From the NCBI GenBank assembly GCA_011390645.1, contig JAABRY010000011.1:1-51232 (forward strand): DNA of 51,232 bases. The letters run 5' to 3'. This DNA comes from Gemmatimonadota bacterium. GTDB taxonomy: Bacteria > Gemmatimonadota > Gemmatimonadetes > Gemmatimonadales > GWC2-71-9. The notes beneath the pieces are model-generated. The model did not search any database. It saw nothing but the letters and a program-made list of their open reading frames with translations, and was not told where the DNA came from. Shown here in pieces: positions 40,541-49,217 of this stretch; the first letter of the stretch is position 1, and the number at the start of each line of letters is the position of its first letter. A program made the position numbers and the translations under genes.

Positions 40541-41511
40541 GGGCGCTGGTGACCGGTGCGACCGGCTTCGTGGGCAGTCATGTCGTCGATCGCCTGCTGG
40601 AGCGCGGCCATGAGGTGGTCGCGCTGATTCGCTCACCCGCGAAGGCGCAGGGTCTCCAGGAGCGTGGCGTACAGCTTGTCCGCGGTGATCTCGGCGACAT
40701 CCCTGCGCTCACCACGGCGGCCGACGGTGTCGACGTCGTGTACCATGTCGCGGCCCTTACCGGCGCGGTCGATGAAGCGGAATTCCTGCAGGCCAACCGC
40801 GAGGGAACGGCCAACGTCGTCCGCGCTGCTCGCGCCGGGGGGGGGGATCCGCGCCTCGTGCTGATCTCGTCCATGGCGGCCGGTGGACCAGCCGAGCGCG
40901 GGCGCCCGCGGCAGGGCGCGGGTGAGGATCGCCCCGTCACCATGTACGGCCGCAGCAAGCTGGCCAGTGAAGTCGTCGTGCGGGAACAGCCGCTCCCATG
41001 GACGATCCTCCGCCCGCCAACCATCTACGGCCCGCGCGATCGCGACAACTTCATTGCCATCTTCAAGGCAGCCCGGAGCGGCTTCAGCCCGGTCTTCGGC
41101 GACGGCTCCCAGCAACTCTCGATGGTGCACGTGGACGACCTCGCCGAGGCCATCCTCCTGGCTGGTGAGTCGCCCGCAGTCCTCGGCGGGACCTACTACA
41201 CCAATCACCCCGAGGTCCTGACATCGGCGGAACTGGTCGAGCATGTCGGCCGTGCGCTCGGGCGCTCGGTCCGCCTCGTCCCGCTCCCGGAGTGGCTCAC
41301 CCGCTCCGCGCTCACCGTCACCGGGGCATGGGCCGCAGCCTTTCGCCAGCGCACCATCCTGCGCGCCGACAAGGCGAACGAGTTCTACCAAGCCGCCTGG
41401 ACAGGCGATCCGGCCCCATTCATCGCCGCGACCGGATGGACTCCGCGCTTCGATGCCAGGACCGGTCTCGCCCACACGGCGGAGTGGTACCGGACGGCGG
41501 GATGGCTCTGA
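40537..41511 (+). CDS. NAD-dependent epimerase/dehydratase (extended SDR); candidate ceramide or 3-ketosphinganine reductase
   Basis: LVTGATGFVG, YHVAA, ISSMAA, YGRSK catalytic motif, RPPTIYGPRD; ATGA overlap. Confidence 0.85.
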   Translation: MRALVTGATGFVGSHVVDRLLERGHEVVALIRSPAKAQGLQERGVQLVRGDLGDIPALTTAADGVDVVYHVAALTGAVDEAEFLQANREGTANVVRAARAGGGDPRLVLISSMAAGGPAERGRPRQGAGEDRPVTMYGRSKLASEVVVREQPLPWTILRPPTIYGPRDRDNFIAIFKAARSGFSPVFGDGSQQLSMVHVDDLAEAILLAGESPAVLGGTYYTNHPEVLTSAELVEHVGRALGRSVRLVPLPEWLTRSALTVTGAWAAAFRQRTILRADKANEFYQAAWTGDPAPFIAATGWTPRFDARTGLAHTAEWYRTAGWL

Positions 41512-42383
41512 CACACGCGGGGGGGGGATGGCGGCTGGTCGATCGTCTCCTCGCCGGCTATGGTCTCATCGTAGCGAGCGTGGCGCTGACCCGGCTCGAC
41601 CACCAGGGCGCGGGCAACATTCTCGCCGCGCATCTCGGGCTCGTGCTCCTCGCCTTCCTCGCTGCTCGCGCACCAACCACCGGCCTCAGTGGCGTCCTGC
41701 GCGCCAGCTATCCGGTGTTCATCCTGACGGGGCTGTACGCCTCGCTCGACATCCTGATCGGGCGAGGCGCGCCCACCTGGGATGCACCTTTGCTCGCGCT
41801 CGAGGAATCGATCTTCGGGAACCAACCGGCACGCGACTGGTGGCGGGCCTCACCGTCGGCCTTCTGGTCCACCGTGTTGCACGCGGCCTATTTCAGCTAC
41901 TACTTCATCGTGCCACTGCCGGTCCTCGTGCTCTTGCTCCAACGACGTGGCCGCGAGGTCGAGCCGTATCTCAACGGCGTGGTCGCGACCTTCCTCACCT
42001 GCTACCTGATCTACCTCTTCTTCCCCGTCTCCGGGCCGTACTACCAGTGGCCGCATCCCGACGGCGCGTTCGTGGACAACGCGCCGGCACGGTGGGTGTA
42101 CGCTGCACTCGCGCAGGGCTCATCCTACGGCGCAGCGTTCCCGTCGTCACATGTCGCAGCAACCGTCGCGGCCACCATCGGGGCCTGGGCCGCATCACGC
42201 ACCCTCGGCGTCGTCCTCGCCGTCCCGACACTGCTCCTGACGGTTGGTGTCGTCTACACGCAGATGCACTACGTGGTGGATAGCGCGGCAGGGGTACTGG
42301 TCGGCATCGCCGTACCACTCCTCGTAGCTCGGCACGCGAAAGGGGCGGCCATCGCTGGCCGCCCCTCACTGTCCGACGCGTAG
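41502..42383 (+). CDS. PAP2 superfamily membrane protein, AUR1/IPC-synthase-like
   Basis: DAPLLALEESIFG.QP, AYFSYY, YLIYLFFPVSGPYY, AAFPSSHVA, HYVVD. Confidence 0.8.
   Translation: MALTHAGGGWRLVDRLLAGYGLIVASVALTRLDHQGAGNILAAHLGLVLLAFLAARAPTTGLSGVLRASYPVFILTGLYASLDILIGRGAPTWDAPLLALEESIFGNQPARDWWRASPSAFWSTVLHAAYFSYYFIVPLPVLVLLLQRRGREVEPYLNGVVATFLTCYLIYLFFPVSGPYYQWPHPDGAFVDNAPARWVYAALAQGSSYGAAFPSSHVAATVAATIGAWAASRTLGVVLAVPTLLLTVGVVYTQMHYVVDSAAGVLVGIAVPLLVARHAKGAAIAGRPSLSDA
42341..42366 (-). terminator. Stem-loop terminating the blue-copper gene (lies inside the PAP2 3' end)
   Basis: AGGGGCGGCCA-TCGC-TGGCCGCCCCT perfect 11-bp stem with a short T run on the minus strand. Confidence 0.6.
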
Positions 42384-42393
42384 AACGACCGTC

Positions 42394-42852
42394 TTACTCG
42401 ACGGTGATCGCGCCGACCATGCCCATCGTCTGGTGCGGCAGGCAGAAGAACTTGTACTCGCCCGACGGCACACCCGCGAAGGTGATGGTGATGTTGTCGC
42501 CCTCACCCACCAGCGCGCTGGCGAGCGGACCCTGCTTGTTGGTGATCGCGGCGTCGAGCGCCTCGGCCGAACCCGCCGGGATGCTGTCCGGGTAGAACTG
42601 CACGTTGTGCAAGCCACCCGAGATGCCCTTGAAGATCACCGTGTCACCCGCCTTGATGGTCAGGGCGGCCGGCACATACTTGTACTCCATGCCTTCCTGA
42701 ATCATCTGCACTTCGTGGGTCGTCCCAGTGGTCGCAGCCGCCGGGGCATCAACCACAGGTGCGGCATCCGCGGCCGGAGCCTCAGGAGCCGTCTCACCGC
42801 CACACGCCACCAGCATCATCGCTACACCAGCCACCATCGCCGTCACGCGCAT
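42394..42852 (-). CDS. Plastocyanin/auracyanin-like type-1 copper lipoprotein
   Basis: Lipobox LVAC, Ala/Pro-rich tether, YVPAALTIKAGDTV, HNV, YKFFCLPHQTMGMVGAITVE (His, Cys, His, Met ligands). Confidence 0.93.
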   Translation of the reverse strand: MRVTAMVAGVAMMLVACGGETAPEAPAADAAPVVDAPAAATTGTTHEVQMIQEGMEYKYVPAALTIKAGDTVIFKGISGGLHNVQFYPDSIPAGSAEALDAAITNKQGPLASALVGEGDNITITFAGVPSGEYKFFCLPHQTMGMVGAITVE

Positions 42853-43042
42853 TGTCAGTCAGCCTCTCATCAATGTTGATCCCGCAGCGGCACTGCCCCC
42901 CGGCAGTACCGGTCCAAACTCCTACAGCACAGGAATCTAACGGATTCCTGTCGCAAAGAGTAGCGAATAGCTGACTTATGGCCTGCGTTCCGCTACTATT
43001 GAGCCCGCAACTCGATACCCCATACCCTCGCCCCGGATCCCG

Positions 43043-43801
43043 ATGGCCCCACCCCCCTGCCGCGCCCTCGGTGCTCAATGCCGCAGTTTGAAGGTGGTGG
43101 CCCGCGTGGCTGCGATCGAGGGCAAGGAAGATCATGACGCGACCTGGCTCTTCGGGCATACCGAACGACTCGATTTCGGTCGCACGTTCGAGGACGATGA
43201 CGAGCTCTGGTGCGAGATGACCATCCACGTGCCGTGCCGTCACCTCCGCGACGATCCGGCTGGTGGAAGCAGTTGCCGGGCCCATGGGTACACGGGCAAG
43301 GTCCCCGTCCCCAAGCGGAAGGTTCAGCCCCGACGGCTCGGAGACGATACCTTCCGAATCGTCGAGCATCGTCAACTGGTCGACCGCCACCTGCCGCCGC
43401 CCTCACCACGCCGCCACCCACTCCCGGTGGCCCCCGACGCGAATCCGTGCGCCACGGCACCCTGTCGCACCGCTGATCATACCCGCGGGGCAGCATGCTG
43501 CCGCGACATCCAGGTAGATATCCGCTGCGCCGAGGACGACACCCTGCTCGAATCGCTGCTGCGGCACCGCAAGTCCCCATACCTCTGCAAGGTCGAACGC
43601 GAAGAGGATGCCGGCCTGCTCAACGCCGAGATTATTTCGGCGTGCAGTTACCTTCAAGAGGATCGACGCCATTGTGACCTGCATGGGCGCCAGCGGGCGG
43701 ATGGTCGGCCAGCCAAGCCAGAAATGTGTTCACACTGGCCAGAAAAGAGGACAGGTCTTCACGCCGGGTGTGCGTTCAAGAACCGCCGGATACCGCTGTA
43801 A
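43043..43801 (+). CDS. Cysteine-cluster protein, YkgJ/CxxCxxCC-like
   Basis: PCATAPC...GAACCR...CSYL....HCDLH......KPEMCSHWP; partial similar pattern N-terminally (PCRHL...SCRAH); start uncertain. Confidence 0.65.
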   Translation: MAPPPCRALGAQCRSLKVVARVAAIEGKEDHDATWLFGHTERLDFGRTFEDDDELWCEMTIHVPCRHLRDDPAGGSSCRAHGYTGKVPVPKRKVQPRRLGDDTFRIVEHRQLVDRHLPPPSPRRHPLPVAPDANPCATAPCRTADHTRGAACCRDIQVDIRCAEDDTLLESLLRHRKSPYLCKVEREEDAGLLNAEIISACSYLQEDRRHCDLHGRQRADGRPAKPEMCSHWPEKRTGLHAGCAFKNRRIPL

Positions 43802-43894
43802 GTAGTTGCTCGACAGCAACTTAGACCATGGTGTGCAAGTTCGGCCCGGGCTGTGCGTCTTATAGGGGTCGCACCCATGCCTTGGAGGGCATTG

Positions 43895-44419
43895 ATGGCG
43901 TTCGACCTCGAAGGGCTCTATCGCTCCAGTTATGATGCCGTGGTTCGCTTCCTCTACCGCAAGGTGTGGGACGCTGATCGCGCCGAGGACTTGGCGCAGG
44001 AAGTCTTCATGCGGGCGATGCATCACCAGCCGGAAAAGCCCAGGTCGTGGGTCTTCGCCGTGGCCGCGAACATCGCCCGCGACGAGGCCCGGTCAGCAAT
44101 CCGCCGACGCAAGCACCTGACCCTGCTCACCCATGAGCCGATCGCGCACCCAGCGCCGCTGAGTGACGTCAGTGAGGATCTGGAGCGGCAGGAGCAGGAG
44201 GCCGAGGTCAAGCGGGCCCTTGCGACCCTGTCACCGCGAGATCGTGAGGTCCTGCTCCTGTGGGACGCCGGACTCGCTTACCCTGAGATTGCCGCCCAGA
44301 CCGGGCTGGCGGTCGGTGCGGTCGGGACAACCCTGGCGCGAGCACGCAAGCGCCTGGTGCTGGCCCATGACCGCATGGAATCCCTTCGTGAGGAGCAGCG
44401 TGCGGCCGCATCTGCCTGA
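43895..44419 (+). CDS. ECF sigma-70 factor
   Basis: AEDLAQEVF, SWVFAVAANIARD, LSPRDREVLLL, YPEIA, VGTTLARARKRL; GGAGG SD. Confidence 0.95.
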   Translation: MAFDLEGLYRSSYDAVVRFLYRKVWDADRAEDLAQEVFMRAMHHQPEKPRSWVFAVAANIARDEARSAIRRRKHLTLLTHEPIAHPAPLSDVSEDLERQEQEAEVKRALATLSPRDREVLLLWDAGLAYPEIAAQTGLAVGAVGTTLARARKRLVLAHDRMESLREEQRAAASA

Positions 44420-45356
44420 AGAGGAGCTTCACGGCTTTGCTGATAGTGCGCTGTCACCCGCACAGCGCGCGGAGGTCGCCGAGCACCTGCTGGCCTGTCT
44501 GATCTGTCGAGCAGGCTTGGCCGAGGCGGAGGCTCTCCGCGCGCGTGCATCAGCGCTCCTGGAGCTGGCAGCACCTCCGCGTGCCATCGTCCCACCGCAG
44601 GTCAACCGACGTCAGCGCCCGCGCGGCGGCCCTCGCCTGGGCCGCATGGCGGCCGCGGCCGTTCTGGTGGTCGGTACCGGTGCCTTCACGCTGCTCCAGG
44701 TGCCCTTCGGCACGACGGGGTCGTCCGCGCTCCCGCCTCGCTTGGCAACGGCATCAGTCGCCCCGGCGCTCCTGGCCGGGTCGACACAAGAGATCGCAGT
44801 GACGAGCGAATTTCTGGCAGATCAGGATCTCGCTCGCGCACTTCGCTCTACCCGCACCTTGACGCTCGCCTCGCGCGCTGCGATGACACCGCGCGTGGTC
44901 ACCCCGATGTTGCCGGTCACGAATGTCAGCGGACGGCCGCTCCGCGCCGTCGATCCGATGACGGCCGTGGACCCTGCCGATGGCTGGGTGTCGACCCCGT
45001 GGGCTGAGGCCCGCCGAGCCACGCGCGGCGCTATCGCCCACCTGGCTGGCTACCCCGTTGGCGCCGTTCGCCTGCGCGAGAGTTCACGCGGTGGCCGACC
45101 CACCGCGATGGTGCGTCAGCTCCTCCCCGACGGCCGCGCATTCTGGGTGATCGAGGGGGCCGCAGAGGAAATTCAGGGGCTCACCCAGCTCTTCGAAGCC
45201 AGCGGTATCTCGATGAGTACCCTGCTCCGCGCGCGCCCGGATTACCTCGGCACCGACGAAGCCCCGATCCGGACCATTCGAATGGTCGCCGTGGCGTCGT
45301 ACCTGCCGGTGGATTCGTTGAATGCGATGGCGGCGGATCGGTTGCGGTTGGAGTAG
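44400..45356 (+). CDS. Zinc-finger (zf-HC2/ZAS) anti-sigma factor
   Basis: HLPEEEL..FAD..LS......VAEHLLACLICR (HxxxCxxC), one TM helix, extracytoplasmic C-terminus; overlaps the sigma 3' end. Confidence 0.88.
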   Translation: MRPHLPEEELHGFADSALSPAQRAEVAEHLLACLICRAGLAEAEALRARASALLELAAPPRAIVPPQVNRRQRPRGGPRLGRMAAAAVLVVGTGAFTLLQVPFGTTGSSALPPRLATASVAPALLAGSTQEIAVTSEFLADQDLARALRSTRTLTLASRAAMTPRVVTPMLPVTNVSGRPLRAVDPMTAVDPADGWVSTPWAEARRATRGAIAHLAGYPVGAVRLRESSRGGRPTAMVRQLLPDGRAFWVIEGAAEEIQGLTQLFEASGISMSTLLRARPDYLGTDEAPIRTIRMVAVASYLPVDSLNAMAADRLRLE

Positions 45357-45480
45357 GTCGTAGGTCGTAGGTCGTAAGTCCTAGGCCACAGCAAGACGGG
45401 CCGGTTCCTCATCAAGGAACCGGCCCATTGTGTTCCTACGACCTACGACCTACGACCTACGACTTACGACTTACGACCTA
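45354..45480. repeat. Inverted heptamer arrays TA(G/A)GTCG and CGAC(C/T)TA flanking a hairpin
   Basis: TAGGTCG x3 + TAAGTCC + TAGG (45354-45385); CCTA + CGAC(C/T)TA x6 (45435-45480). Confidence 0.95.
45398..45426. terminator. Hairpin between convergent operons, probable bidirectional terminator
   Basis: GGGCCGGTTCCT-CATCA-AGGAACCGGCCC perfect 12-bp stem. Confidence 0.75.
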
Positions 45481-46752
45481 ATGATGCCCCTGCTCCTTCT
45501 CCAACGTGATCAACGCCAGCCGCGGGGACACCATCGGATAGGTCTTCGCGAACCAGCCATAGCTCAGCAGGAAGAGACCCAGGAAGGCCAGCGTCGGCGC
45601 GAGCTCGGGGAGCCCGAAGAGTGGCGCATTCACCTCGCTCACCGACGGGATCACGAGCAGGTAGCGCTCGAGCCAGAGGGTGCAGAACGAGATCGCGGTG
45701 AAGATCCCGAGCGTGAGCGACGTCCGCTTGGCGCCGACTGACAGCAACCCGGTGAACGGAATGACGAACAACCCGAGGAATACGGCGCCGCCGATCGTGC
45801 GCCACTCGCCCCACAGTCGTGAGAAGACGAAGCCGGTTTCTTCCGGCAGGTTGCCGTACCAGATCACGAGGAACTGGGCCCACATGAGATAGGTCCAGAA
45901 GATCGTGAAGCCGAAGCAGAGCTTGCCGAGATCGTGGCGCTGCTTCCCGCTGACGTACTCCTGCAACCCGACCGCCTTGATGCCATACAGCATCAGGAGG
46001 GCGAGCAGCGTGTGGGCGCCGAGGAATGAGCCCATGAAGTACCAGCCACCGAGCAGGTTGCTGAACCAGTGCGGCTGCAGGGCCATGATCCCGTCGAAGG
46101 CGACCATCGTGAAGACCAGCGAGTAGAGGACCGCATAGATCGGCGCCAGACGGTAAGTCCGCGCGTGGTTCCGATCGGCATCGTAGCCCTGCAGCATCTT
46201 CTCGTACCGAGCCTTGCGCCCGTCAGTCACCTTGTCCTTGGCGAGCGCCACGTCGGGCAGGAGATCGCTCTTGATCAACTGCACCCCGACCCAGTACAGC
46301 ACGAGGAGCCCGATCGCGAGGCGAGTGACCATCCACGGCTTCGAGAGCCACATCGCCTTGCCGGCGGCCAGTCCGTGGAGTTCCTCCTCCATGTGACCGT
46401 AGACGTCGTGGTACCCGAGCGTGAAGATCAGCACGAATCCGATCAGCGAGACCGGAATCATTGCACTCGTCGCCTGCGAGAAGCGGATGATCACCCCGGA
46501 CCACTTGGCGTTGGCGATCTTGTGCACGGCGGTCAGGGCGAGCGAGCCGCCGGTGATGCCGGTCCAGAAGAGCCAGTTCACGTGGAAGGTCTGCCACGCA
46601 CGGTGCGATCCATCACCGAGCAGGGTGAACACGAAGAGCGCCGCACCGACCACGGAGAGCACCAGCCCCGCCGTCATGAAGGTGCTGTAGTTGCCGGCCA
46701 CGCTCTTGGCCGCCAGGCGGTCACGGACCGCAGTGAAATCGACGGCGCCCAT
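45478..46752 (-). CDS. actF: Alternative complex III membrane subunit ActF-like
   Basis: About 10 TM; AKWS..I.R, FDGIMALQPHWFS, HDLGKLCFGFTIFWTYLMWAQFLVIWYGNLPEE; start ATG 46752. Confidence 0.85.
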   Translation of the reverse strand: MGAVDFTAVRDRLAAKSVAGNYSTFMTAGLVLSVVGAALFVFTLLGDGSHRAWQTFHVNWLFWTGITGGSLALTAVHKIANAKWSGVIIRFSQATSAMIPVSLIGFVLIFTLGYHDVYGHMEEELHGLAAGKAMWLSKPWMVTRLAIGLLVLYWVGVQLIKSDLLPDVALAKDKVTDGRKARYEKMLQGYDADRNHARTYRLAPIYAVLYSLVFTMVAFDGIMALQPHWFSNLLGGWYFMGSFLGAHTLLALLMLYGIKAVGLQEYVSGKQRHDLGKLCFGFTIFWTYLMWAQFLVIWYGNLPEETGFVFSRLWGEWRTIGGAVFLGLFVIPFTGLLSVGAKRTSLTLGIFTAISFCTLWLERYLLVIPSVSEVNAPLFGLPELAPTLAFLGLFLLSYGWFAKTYPMVSPRLALITLEKEQGHH

Positions 46753-47357
46753 CAGTTCTGCCCCCCGGTGGTCGCAGCCACGGGCGCGGGCGCCCCGGCC
46801 TGCAGCGAGCGAACGTAGTCCACGACCGCCCAGCGCTCGTCCTGCCGCACGATCTTGTCGCCGTACTGGCCCATCAGGCCGCGACCATAGCGGATGATCC
46901 CGTAGAGGTAGCCATCCGTATAGCCGATGGCCTGCGGCGTAAGCAGCGACGGCGGGTTGAGGTAGCTCTTGAGCGTCCCATCCCCGGCGCCCTGGTATCC
47001 GTGACACATCGCGCAGTAGATGCGATAGAGCTCTTCACCGCGCTCGGCGGGGAGGGTGGTCATCCCCGCCGGCCGCGTGATCGTGTTGGCCACGGCAAAG
47101 TCGAAACCATACTGCAACTGCCGCGGGTTGCCCACCCGGAAGTCACGCTCGCCACCGGTGATCGGGACGATCCCGTCCGGGGTGTCACGTGGGATGTCGG
47201 CCCGCTGGTACGGATGCACCGCCTTCGACAGGATCATGTGATCGAACCAGGCGATGTTGTGCATGAGGTCGTCCGGTGAGGGGACCTCGTTGTACCAGAA
47301 GTTGCACCCGGTCGACCCGGTCGCAAGCACGAAGGCAACAAGGAGCTTACGCGTCAC
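46752..47357 (-). CDS. actE: Alternative complex III monoheme cytochrome c lipoprotein ActE-like
   Basis: Lipobox STGC, RGEELYRIYCAMCHG..GAGDG, TDGYLYGIIRYGRGLM, ERWAVVDYVRSLQ; GTG 47357. Confidence 0.85.
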   Translation of the reverse strand: MTRKLLVAFVLATGSTGCNFWYNEVPSPDDLMHNIAWFDHMILSKAVHPYQRADIPRDTPDGIVPITGGERDFRVGNPRQLQYGFDFAVANTITRPAGMTTLPAERGEELYRIYCAMCHGYQGAGDGTLKSYLNPPSLLTPQAIGYTDGYLYGIIRYGRGLMGQYGDKIVRQDERWAVVDYVRSLQAGAPAPVAATTGGQN

Positions 47358-47856
47358 GGGAGACCTCCACCGAGCCATGCCGTTCAAGGAGCTGCTGCAC
47401 GTCCGCCGCGCGATCCGCGCCGCACGGAACGAACACGCCAATGCGGTCGTCGCTGAAGCGTGGATGGTACGGCCGCCCCGCCAGCGACTTGCGGGCGGAG
47501 AGGATGAAGATGGCCGCGATCGTGGAGATGGCACCGAGCAGAATCGTGAGCTCGAAGCCGATCACGACGAAGGCCGGAATCGCCGCGATCGGCTTGCCGC
47601 CGACCAGGAGCGGCCAATCCCGTGACATCCAGATCGCCAGCGAGAAGCCGGCAGTGGTCCCGGTCACGCCACCGATCAGCGTGAACAACCGCACCGGGGA
47701 GATCGGGTCGCCGATGGCGTCCTCGAGCTCGTGGTTGGGCGCGGCCGAGTAGACGGTGAGGTCGGGGTGACCGCTCGACTTCAACTCGCGAATCGCGTCA
47801 CAGGCGGCGTCGATGTGCTCGAACGAGCCGAGGACGCCAGGCACGTGCTTGGCCAT
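47347..47856 (-). CDS. actD: Alternative complex III subunit ActD (DUF3341)
   Basis: Two TM; WPLLVGGKP, PAFVVIGFELTIL, PRFSDDR. Confidence 0.88.
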   Translation of the reverse strand: MAKHVPGVLGSFEHIDAACDAIRELKSSGHPDLTVYSAAPNHELEDAIGDPISPVRLFTLIGGVTGTTAGFSLAIWMSRDWPLLVGGKPIAAIPAFVVIGFELTILLGAISTIAAIFILSARKSLAGRPYHPRFSDDRIGVFVPCGADRAADVQQLLERHGSVEVSRDA

Positions 47857-47857
47857 C

Positions 47858-49216
47858 TTAGTGCCCCCCCCCGTGGGTCTTCTTGCGCGGCATCGGGATC
47901 ATTTCCTTGATCTCCTGGATCGCCACGATCGGGAAGTTCTTGTAGAACAGCGTGAACCAGAGGCCGAACCAGCCGAACGAGCCGAGCAGGACCAACCAGT
48001 CCGCCCAGGTCGGATTGATCTGGCCCCAGGCGTTCGGCAGGTAGTCGTTGGCGAGCGAGGACACCACGATCACGTAGCGCTCGAACCACATCCCGATGTT
48101 GATGAAGATCGAGATCACGAACAGCGCCGTGAGATTGGTCCGGATCTTCTTGAACCAGAGCAACTGGCTGACGAAGGCGTTGCAGATGATCATCGCCCAC
48201 CCTGCCCACCAGTTCGGCCCGAAGGCGCGACGCCAGAAGGCCGTCTGCTCGTAGGTGCTCCCCGAATACCAGGCGACGAAGTACTCCATCGCGTAGGCAT
48301 AGAAGAGGATCGTGCCGGTGAACAGCGTCAGCTTCGACAGATTGTCGAAGTGGTAGTCGGTGATCATATGCTCGACGCGCAGCATCTTCCGCAAGGGGAT
48401 GAGCAGCGTGAACGTCATCCCGATGCCCGAGTAGATGGCGCCTGCAACGAAGTACGGGGCGAAGATCGTCCCGTGCCAGCCCGGCACGATCGAGACGGCG
48501 AAGTCCCACGAAACGACCGAGTGCACCGAGAGCACGAGCGGCGCGGCAAGGGCGGCGAGGTAGAGGTAGGCACGCGTGTAGTGGCGCCACTGCGAATCTG
48601 CACCGGTCCAGCCAAGCGACAGCGCGCCGTAGAGCTTCTTGCGCCAGCCGCTGACGTGGTCACGCACCGCGGCGATGTCCGGCACCAAGCCGACCATGAG
48701 GAAGGTGCTCGACACGGTGAGGTACGTCGAGATCGCGAAGACGTCCCAGAGCAGCGGTGACTTGAAGTTCGGCCAGAGGTAGCGCGCGTTCGGGTACGGG
48801 ATCAGCCAGTAGAAGATCCACTGCCGGCCAATGTGAATGATCGGGAAGAGCGCCGCCGTCATGACGGCGAAGACCGTCATCGCTTCCGTCGCGCGGTAGA
48901 CGGCGGTGCGCCACGGCGAACGGAAGAGGAAGAGAATCGCCGAGATCAGCGTGCCGGCGTGGCCGATGCCGACCCAGAAGACGAAGGTCGTGATGTAGAC
49001 CGACCACATGATCGGCGGGGCATAACCCGCCAGTCCGAGGCCGTGCTTGAGCAGCAGCGTGACGGTGCCGAGGAGCACCGCGGTGAGGAACGCCATCGTC
49101 CCCACCAGGATGTAGTAGCCGCGCGTCGGCGCCTCGGTGATCGTCCGGACGACATCCCGCGTGACCTCAGCGTGGGTCTGCGTCGGCATGCTCGGATCGT
49201 GCGCGATGACCGCCAT
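47858..49216 (-). CDS. actC: Alternative complex III NrfD/PsrC-type quinol-binding subunit ActC
   Basis: FVFWVGIGHAGTLISAIL, EAMTVFAV, HIGR.W, PNFKSPLLWD, PLVLSVHSVVSWDF, PGWHGTIFAPYFVAGAI, GMWFER. Confidence 0.93.
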   Translation of the reverse strand: MAVIAHDPSMPTQTHAEVTRDVVRTITEAPTRGYYILVGTMAFLTAVLLGTVTLLLKHGLGLAGYAPPIMWSVYITTFVFWVGIGHAGTLISAILFLFRSPWRTAVYRATEAMTVFAVMTAALFPIIHIGRQWIFYWLIPYPNARYLWPNFKSPLLWDVFAISTYLTVSSTFLMVGLVPDIAAVRDHVSGWRKKLYGALSLGWTGADSQWRHYTRAYLYLAALAAPLVLSVHSVVSWDFAVSIVPGWHGTIFAPYFVAGAIYSGIGMTFTLLIPLRKMLRVEHMITDYHFDNLSKLTLFTGTILFYAYAMEYFVAWYSGSTYEQTAFWRRAFGPNWWAGWAMIICNAFVSQLLWFKKIRTNLTALFVISIFINIGMWFERYVIVVSSLANDYLPNAWGQINPTWADWLVLLGSFGWFGLWFTLFYKNFPIVAIQEIKEMIPMPRKKTHGGGH

Positions 49217-49217
49217 C

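Noticed and set aside
42869-42880. ATCAA-TG-TTGAT as an FNR site, and a near-PpsR box, upstream of the cupredoxin
   Set aside because: Half-sites are in the wrong order and spacing for FNR, and the TGT-N12 at 42853 ends in CAT rather than ACA
45354-45480. CRISPR array
   Set aside because: Units are 7 nt, contiguous, with no unique spacers and no cas genes in the window
1667-47872. Scattered poly-G/poly-C runs of 8-11 nt as phase-variation tracts
   Set aside because: Reading frames across them appear intact and such runs are plausible at this GC content; no read data to show variation
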